A stretch of DNA of 63,839 bases, filler included, from Candidatus Zhuqueibacterota bacterium (GTDB taxonomy: Bacteria > BS750m-G25): the NCBI GenBank assembly GCA_016783505.1. It is 3 parts of 3 records of this genome, joined end to end, with 100 filler letters (N's around TTAATTAATTAA, not from the genome) between each part and the next. Parts side by side here need not be neighbours in the genome. Positions count along the whole stretch, not along the records: positions 57,828 to 63,839 come from JADHWK010000085.1; 2 more parts are not named here. One strand, written 5' to 3'. Of this stretch, positions 58,402 through 63,839 are shown one piece after another. The notes beneath the pieces are model-generated. The model was not told the origin of the DNA and ran no database searches. It saw only the letters and a program-made list of their open reading frames with translations. The position numbers and the translations under genes are program-made. The stretch's first letter is position 1. Each line of letters opens with the position of its first letter.

Positions 58402-59232
58402 TTACCGTGACTTTTTCAGTTTCAAACGAGAATCACTCTGATATCTCCGAACAACCACCAGGAGCATAAGGCCACCAATAAACAACAAAAGACTGAAAAA
58501 CTGAGACACCGTCACTCCCCAATCCCCAATGAAGAACAGCTTCATGCTTTCCTTATACCAGCGGAAGAATTCGATAAAAAACCGAAAGGAAGAATAAAGT
58601 ATTAAAAAGAGGATAGTTGTAAAGCCATCAAAGGTTTTGTAACGTTCTGAATAGAGAAGTGATAGAAAGATGATGAATCCCCCCAGGGAAGAGTAAATTT
58701 GGGTGGGATGAATGTGCCTGCTGGGAAAGATATACCCCGCCGCACTGTCGGGGGGAAAGACCATCGCCCACGGGGCTGATGAGGCTATCCCGAAACAACA
58801 GCCGTTGAAAAAACAACCCACCCGGGTGATAGCAATACCAAGTGCCAGCGAGGGTATCAAGATGTCGGCTATTTTGTGGACGGGGAGCTTCCTCTTCTTC
58901 AGAAACCATACCGAAGCGCCTGCAGCCAGTATCCCACCGCCCAGAAAAACCAGCCCGGCGATGCCAATGGTGCCGTCACTCTGGAAGGGGTTTACCACGT
59001 CCAGCCAGTGACCCCGGAATTCGTCCATGTGGAAGAGGACATAGGTGATACGGGCCCCGACCAGGGAGGCAATTACGATGACCACCGACAGGTCTATAAT
59101 ATGGTTGGGATCAACACCGGCCCTTTTTGCCCTCCGCATGGCCAGATAAATCCCAACAAAAAAGGCCGTCGCCAGCATAAGCCCATAGGTATGTAGCTCA
59201 AACCGTCCGATGGAAAACAGCGTACGATGCAT
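58402..59232 (-). CDS. lgt: Prolipoprotein diacylglyceryl transferase
   Basis: YGLM, GARITYV, RVGCFFNGCC, HPTQIY, RFFIEF.R. Confidence 0.95.
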   Translation of the reverse strand: MHRTLFSIGRFELHTYGLMLATAFFVGIYLAMRRAKRAGVDPNHIIDLSVVIVIASLVGARITYVLFHMDEFRGHWLDVVNPFQSDGTIGIAGLVFLGGGILAAGASVWFLKKRKLPVHKIADILIPSLALGIAITRVGCFFNGCCFGIASSAPWAMVFPPDSAAGYIFPSRHIHPTQIYSSLGGFIIFLSLLYSERYKTFDGFTTILFLILYSSFRFFIEFFRWYKESMKLFFIGDWGVTVSQFFSLLLFIGGLMLLVVVRRYQSDSRLKLKKSR

Positions 59233-59354
59233 GTTCAGATAAAAGGTTATTGGGTCATTAAGTTATTAGGTTATTGCAAATTGAGAGTTGTGACCGGGGA
59301 TAAATTCACCCCCATTCTTCCAATCATCTATCCTTCCACTACGGGTTTGGGACA

Positions 59355-60092
59355 TCATTCCGTTTTGGCTCCCTCGGTCACGATAACGAATTCCCCCTTT
59401 GGTTTTTTTGTCCGAAAATATTCCAGAGCCCCGAACAGGTTAGATCGAACGACCTCTTCGTGAAGTTTAGTTAACTCCCGAGCCACCGCCACCCGCCGAT
59501 TGCCCAGGACTGCCAAAAGGTCTTCCAGCGTTCTCACCAGCCGGTGGGGGGCCTCGTAGAAGATCAGGGTCCGCTCTTCATTCCGCAGACGCTCTAATCT
59601 TTTATTCCGTCCCTTCTTGGCCGGCAGGAAGCCCTCAAAGACGAACCTATCGGTGGGGAGCCCGGATACCACCAGGGCCGAAAGGGCGGCGTTGGCCCCG
59701 GGCACAGGAACCACGGTAACATCATTGGCTAAGGCCCGGGTGACCAGATAATAAGCCGGGTCGCTGATCCCCGGCAGCCCGGCATCGGAGATGACGGCCA
59801 CCGATTGACCATCAGTTAAGGATTTGATCAGCATGGGTGTCCGCTGAGTCTTATTGAAGTCATGGTAGCTGACCAGCCGGGTTTTGAACCCGAAGCGCTT
59901 CATCAAAAGCCCCGCCCGGCGGGTATCCTCGGCTGCCACCCAATCAACCCCTTTAAGCACCTCCACCGCCCGGTGGGTCATGTCCCCTAAGTTGCCTATG
60001 GGGGTTCCCACCACAAATAATTGACCTTTACCTTTTCTCGCTGGTTGATGATTTATCTGTTTTCCCCTTTCCCGGGTTTTAGTGGTTTTCAT
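59355..60092 (-). CDS. rsmI: 16S rRNA C1402 2'-O-methyltransferase
   Basis: GTPIGNL.D, AEDTR, SDAGLPGISDP, YEAPHR, RELTKLHEE. Confidence 0.96.
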   Translation of the reverse strand: MKTTKTRERGKQINHQPARKGKGQLFVVGTPIGNLGDMTHRAVEVLKGVDWVAAEDTRRAGLLMKRFGFKTRLVSYHDFNKTQRTPMLIKSLTDGQSVAVISDAGLPGISDPAYYLVTRALANDVTVVPVPGANAALSALVVSGLPTDRFVFEGFLPAKKGRNKRLERLRNEERTLIFYEAPHRLVRTLEDLLAVLGNRRVAVARELTKLHEEVVRSNLFGALEYFRTKKPKGEFVIVTEGAKTE

Positions 60093-60435
60093 TAATAAAT
60101 CCGAAATTCGAATACCTGCCCGCCATCCCGAATACTCGGGACAAATATCAAATTTTCAAAACGCTATTCGCTTAAATTATATTTTCGGATTTTGTCCCGA
60201 AGCATCAGGATCGGTCATTTATCGTGCCTAAGGCAGATCCCCCTTAGGCGGAAATTTGTTTCGTGCTTCGGATTTTTGTATGCATTTTATTCAGACATGG
60301 CTAAAATAATCAATAAGCCTGATGAGTTACAATCTTTACCCTATCCCCCCTTCACCTCTGCCCCCTTTCCCTCAAGCTCCCAAAAGAGGGCGCACCTTTC
60401 TTACAAAAGATGCGCCACAACAACTACCCAATTTT

Positions 60436-61257
60436 CTATCTCCCCCAATCCCGGACATACAGAAAATCGCTTCCCACCGTGCGGGAGGAAATCTTGGGGA
60501 TCAGCGGAAGCAGGCGTTTGAACTGGCTTCCCTTAATCTTGGCCCGAATGGCGTTGATAAACTCCCGGGAAAAACCGGCTTCCTCTAATTCGGGTTCAGA
60601 ATAGCGACCGTCTACCATCAACACCAGCAGGCGATCCATCTGGGGGTAGGAAAAGCCCAGTTCGCCCTCATCGGTCTGCCCGACCCACAGGTCGGCAGTA
60701 GGCACCTTATTTAGAATTTTCTGGGGTACCTTAAGGTGACGGGCCAACTGTCTCACCTGGGTTTTGTACAGATCACCCAGGGGCACCAGAGCCGCCGCCA
60801 TATCCCCGTGGAGGGTGCCGTAGCCCAACAGCAGCTCGGTCTTATTCGAGGTTCCGATAACCAGACCCTTTTCCCGGGCCGACAGGTCGTAAAGAACCAT
60901 CATCCGGGCTCGGGCCAGTAGGTTCCCTTTGCGGATAAGATCCAATCCCGGGGATTGGGTCAGATAGGCTTCAACCATGCCGGTGATGTCGAAGGTCTCG
61001 CACCGGATGCCCAGTTCATCACCAACTAACCGGGCATCTTCCAGACTGTCTTTCCGGCTCTCTGCATAGGGGAGGAGAACTCCGAGTATCTTCTCCTTCC
61101 CCAGGGCCTCTGCGGACAGATAGGCTGTGACGGTGGAATCCAGTCCCCCGGAAAGGCCGATTATCCCCCAAGAGAACCCGGCCTTCCCCACCTCCTGGCG
61201 GATAAAATCCACCAATAATTTTTTGACTAATTTTTCGTTAATATCGAGGGGAGACAT
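60436..61257 (-). CDS. nadE: NH3-dependent NAD+ synthetase
   Basis: GLSGGLDS, GN..AR.RM, GTSNKTE, DLYKTQV, PTADLW. Confidence 0.96.
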   Translation of the reverse strand: MSPLDINEKLVKKLLVDFIRQEVGKAGFSWGIIGLSGGLDSTVTAYLSAEALGKEKILGVLLPYAESRKDSLEDARLVGDELGIRCETFDITGMVEAYLTQSPGLDLIRKGNLLARARMMVLYDLSAREKGLVIGTSNKTELLLGYGTLHGDMAAALVPLGDLYKTQVRQLARHLKVPQKILNKVPTADLWVGQTDEGELGFSYPQMDRLLVLMVDGRYSEPELEEAGFSREFINAIRAKIKGSQFKRLLPLIPKISSRTVGSDFLYVRDWGR

Positions 61258-61272
61258 AACAAGTTCTGGGAG

Positions 61273-62595
61273 TTAAAATTCTTTCAAACTCTTACTTAAA
61301 ATCCTCATTGCCTCATCAATCTCGACGGCGGTGAGGTTCAGGGGGGGACGGAAGCGGATGGTCTGATCTCCACATTTGAGAACCACCAGTCCGTTATTTA
61401 GAATTCTCTTCAACAGTTCATCCCGTCCTTCCGTTCCTTCAATGACATCGAAGGCCGTCATCAATCCCCGACCCCGGGCGTTAGTAATCTTTGAGGAAAA
61501 TTGGGCTTGGACTTCTAAAAGCTTATTCAGAAGATAATCCCCCATCCGGGCGGCGTTCTCCACCAACCCCTCTTCGTGAATAATCTCCAGATATTTCTGA
61601 AACCGCACCATATCAATCAAGTTGCCCCCGAAGGTGGAGTTCAGCCGGTTGGGGACTTTAAAGACATTATCCTCGACCTCATCCACCCTCTCACCCACCA
61701 GGACTCCGCACACCTGGGTCTTCTTGCCGAAGGCCATGGCGTCCGGCTTGACGTCGAAGTGCTGATGGGCCCAGAACCTCCCTGTCAACCCCACCCCGGT
61801 CTGCACCTCATCGAAGATTAAAAAGAGATCCTCCTGGTCGGCGATCTCCCTTAAGGCTCTTAAGAATTCCCCCCGAAAGTGGTTATCCCCCCCCTCCCCC
61901 TGGATTGGTTCAATGATGATGGCGGCGATGTCGTCCCGGTTTTCCAAAATGGCCTGTTTAACCTGGGCCAGCGCCCTTCTTTCCGCTTCCTCAACTTTCT
62001 TTAGATTTTCCTCGTTTAAGGGAAAGGTAATCTTCGGATTGTCAACCCGGGGCCAGGTGAATTTGGGGTAGAGGTCGGTCTTCACCGGGAGGGTGTTGGT
62101 TAAAGACATGGTGTAGCCGGTGCGGCCGTGGAAGGCCTGGCGGAAGTGGATCACCTGGGTGCCCTTCTCCCCTTTAATTCCTTTTTTCCAATTCTTTTTA
62201 ATCTTCCAGTCAAAGGCCGTTTTCAGGGCATTTTCAATCCCCAGGGCTCCACCTGAGATCAGGAATAGGTGGGGAAGGTAATCGGGCATCCCCAGCCTGG
62301 CAAAGGTGTCCACGAACTCCGCCATCTCCACTGTAAATATATCGGAATTGGAGGGCTTATGAAGGGCCGCCCGGGCCAATCTATCGAGAAATTCCGGGGT
62401 CGTTAGCTTGGGGTGATTATACCCCACCGGTGAGGAGGCGAAGAAGGTGAAAAAATCCAAATACCACCTGCCCCCCCTGGCGTCATAGATGCGGGAACCC
62501 CGGCTCTTTTTGGGGTCGAACACGATGTCGAAACCGTCGAGCAGCATGTGTCGGCTCAGCGTTGAGTGCACATTTTCAGGCCCAATTCTGGTCAT
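61273..62595 (-). CDS. lat: L-lysine 6-transaminase
   Basis: KPSNSD, ENALKTAFDWK, AFHGRTGY, DEVQTG, FGKKTQVCG. Confidence 0.93.
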   Translation of the reverse strand: MTRIGPENVHSTLSRHMLLDGFDIVFDPKKSRGSRIYDARGGRWYLDFFTFFASSPVGYNHPKLTTPEFLDRLARAALHKPSNSDIFTVEMAEFVDTFARLGMPDYLPHLFLISGGALGIENALKTAFDWKIKKNWKKGIKGEKGTQVIHFRQAFHGRTGYTMSLTNTLPVKTDLYPKFTWPRVDNPKITFPLNEENLKKVEEAERRALAQVKQAILENRDDIAAIIIEPIQGEGGDNHFRGEFLRALREIADQEDLFLIFDEVQTGVGLTGRFWAHQHFDVKPDAMAFGKKTQVCGVLVGERVDEVEDNVFKVPNRLNSTFGGNLIDMVRFQKYLEIIHEEGLVENAARMGDYLLNKLLEVQAQFSSKITNARGRGLMTAFDVIEGTEGRDELLKRILNNGLVVLKCGDQTIRFRPPLNLTAVEIDEAMRILSKSLKEF

Positions 62596-62732
62596 AGTCT
62601 CTCCCTATCCAAAAATGGTAATAGTTCACCACTACCAAAAATACACCACAAAAATACGGATTTTTCCCAAAAAAGTCAAGGACAATTCCAGGGGTTAAGA
62701 AAGGCCCCTAAACATATTAGTGATGCCCATAT

Positions 62733-62764
62733 AAAAAGGGTCCGCAGGAATACGAGACCCTTTT
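62733..62764 (-). terminator. Intrinsic terminator
   Basis: aaaaagggtc..gaccctttt. Confidence 0.7.
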
Positions 62765-62962
62765 CCTTAAAGAATTATTGGCTTCAATTGCAAAAAGGTC
62801 AAAACCGGTCAGGAGTCCGACTTAAGCGATCAAACACGGTCTGTGACTGTGTTTAAGGCAACATATCTATGCTTTGAAATTACAGAACATTAACAAGACA
62901 TCCGTAGGATATCGAATCACACTTAGAATACTAGGGTAACTTTTGTTCTGAAAGAATTATTT

Positions 62963-63058
62963 ACCTTCAGGTTAATGACATGACCGGGCTGTTTAGTTCT
63001 TAAAAGAGGGCGTTTCCCTTATTTAATCACCACTACGGTTACGGTATAACCTGAAGGT
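62963..63058. mobile_element. 96-bp MITE-like element with perfect 12-bp terminal inverted repeats
   Basis: accttcaggtta / taacctgaaggt. Confidence 0.72.
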
Positions 63059-63102
63059 GTCTGCAATGCAACAAAGTATTTTCTTTCGGCTCCCTCTCCA
63101 TT

Positions 63103-63771
63103 TCAAAAATCATACCTTACATAAAGAGTCTGTGAAAATGACCACTTCCCCTTTTCGTAATTATAGGCCCCCGGAAAGCCCCTCGAAATCCTCATCTCGG
63201 TGCCCACCGATACTGACCCCCGGGTGAACATCAACTGTGGCTCAGCCCAAAGGGTCAGCTTTTCCGGGTATACTTCAGGGTCATTTCCGTTCAGGTCAAA
63301 ATATCCCAGGAAGAACATCCATGGTGTCATACCCCGGTTCCAGACCACCGTCAACTGGGCATTGGGACGGCTTCCCTTCTCCTTCCGTAGAAGGGTTTGA
63401 ACATCAACCTTTAAGAATTTCAAATCAATCTGATTGAACTGTATCCCCCCCAGCCACACGGGTTGGATCTCGGTCCGACCAAATTGCACCCCGTCGTTGT
63501 ACTGAACGGTAAGGTCCATAACTGGGATAAGGTGAAATTGTCGTGAAATTTCATAATAGGCATCCTGGGTACCTCCCTCTTTAAAGGTGAGGTCCAGAAA
63601 CCAGAAGGTGGATCCCCAGCCGTCAGCCCCGAAAAATTCATTGGTAGCCGTCCAGTTCACCTGCTGAAAATCCCGGTGGAGCTGCAGGTTTACCCCGGCC
63701 CACCCGGGGGACAAGAACAGAATGGTTACCAGCAGGGCAGCACGGATTGGGTTAAACAGGCTCTCTTTCAT
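63103..63771 (-). CDS. Outer-membrane protein, DUF5020/Tsx-like
   Basis: Signal peptide; NLQLHRDF, D.WGSTFWF.D, YYEISR, EPQL, terminal YDF. Confidence 0.7.
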   Translation of the reverse strand: MKESLFNPIRAALLVTILFLSPGWAGVNLQLHRDFQQVNWTATNEFFGADGWGSTFWFLDLTFKEGGTQDAYYEISRQFHLIPVMDLTVQYNDGVQFGRTEIQPVWLGGIQFNQIDLKFLKVDVQTLLRKEKGSRPNAQLTVVWNRGMTPWMFFLGYFDLNGNDPEVYPEKLTLWAEPQLMFTRGSVSVGTEMRISRGFPGAYNYEKGKWSFSQTLYVRYDF

Positions 63772-63839
63772 GATACTCCGATAAAAATGGTTCAAATCAT
63801 TACAATAAAATTCCTCCGACTTCCGTAATCGCTGGGTCC

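Noticed and set aside
62596-63100. Lysine riboswitch upstream of lat
   Set aside because: No lysine-riboswitch consensus seen on the minus strand; the region holds a terminator and a MITE-like element
293-63641. Numerous 60-165 aa antisense or alternate-frame ORFs inside long genes
   Set aside because: Shadow ORFs of GC-rich coding sequence with no recognisable motifs

Overview
The window is three contigs joined by artificial N44-TTAATTAATTAA-N44 linkers (1-28940, 29041-57727, 57828-63839), so gene order across the linkers is meaningless. It looks like chromosomal DNA of an FCB-superphylum bacterium (inference from T9SS-type 'NYPNPFN' C-terminal domains; KSB1/Latescibacteria/Zixibacteria-like, not resolvable here). 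The backbone carries two UvrD-family helicases, rmuC, guaA, glmS, uppP, mltG, nadC, add, ggt, thiL, yjbQ, tmRNA, tmk, lgt, rsmI, nadE and lat. AT-rich cargo is interspersed: four toxin-antitoxin modules (one with an uncalled, nonsense-inactivated RelE-like toxin), a membrane-protein islet with an uncalled 35-aa micropeptide, an orphan methyltransferase, a phage-like nuclease and a GT78 mannosylglycerate synthase. I saw no integrase, transposase, reverse transcriptase or CRISPR array. The most notable signals are: (1) an AmmeMemoRadiSam system whose components carry export signals, next to a membrane-embedded spermidine-synthase-fold enzyme with methyltransferase-type motif changes; (2) cargo genes repeatedly followed, right after their stop codon, by a synonymously diverged second copy of the upstream host gene's 3' end; (3) nested intergenic repeats built around a 16-bp YCCCGA-N4-TCGGGR palindrome, MITE-like elements and 7/8-mer tracts, one tract lying in frame inside thiL; (4) an M1 peptidase fused to an Omp85-like barrel. 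All family assignments come from motif recognition by eye, not from database searches.
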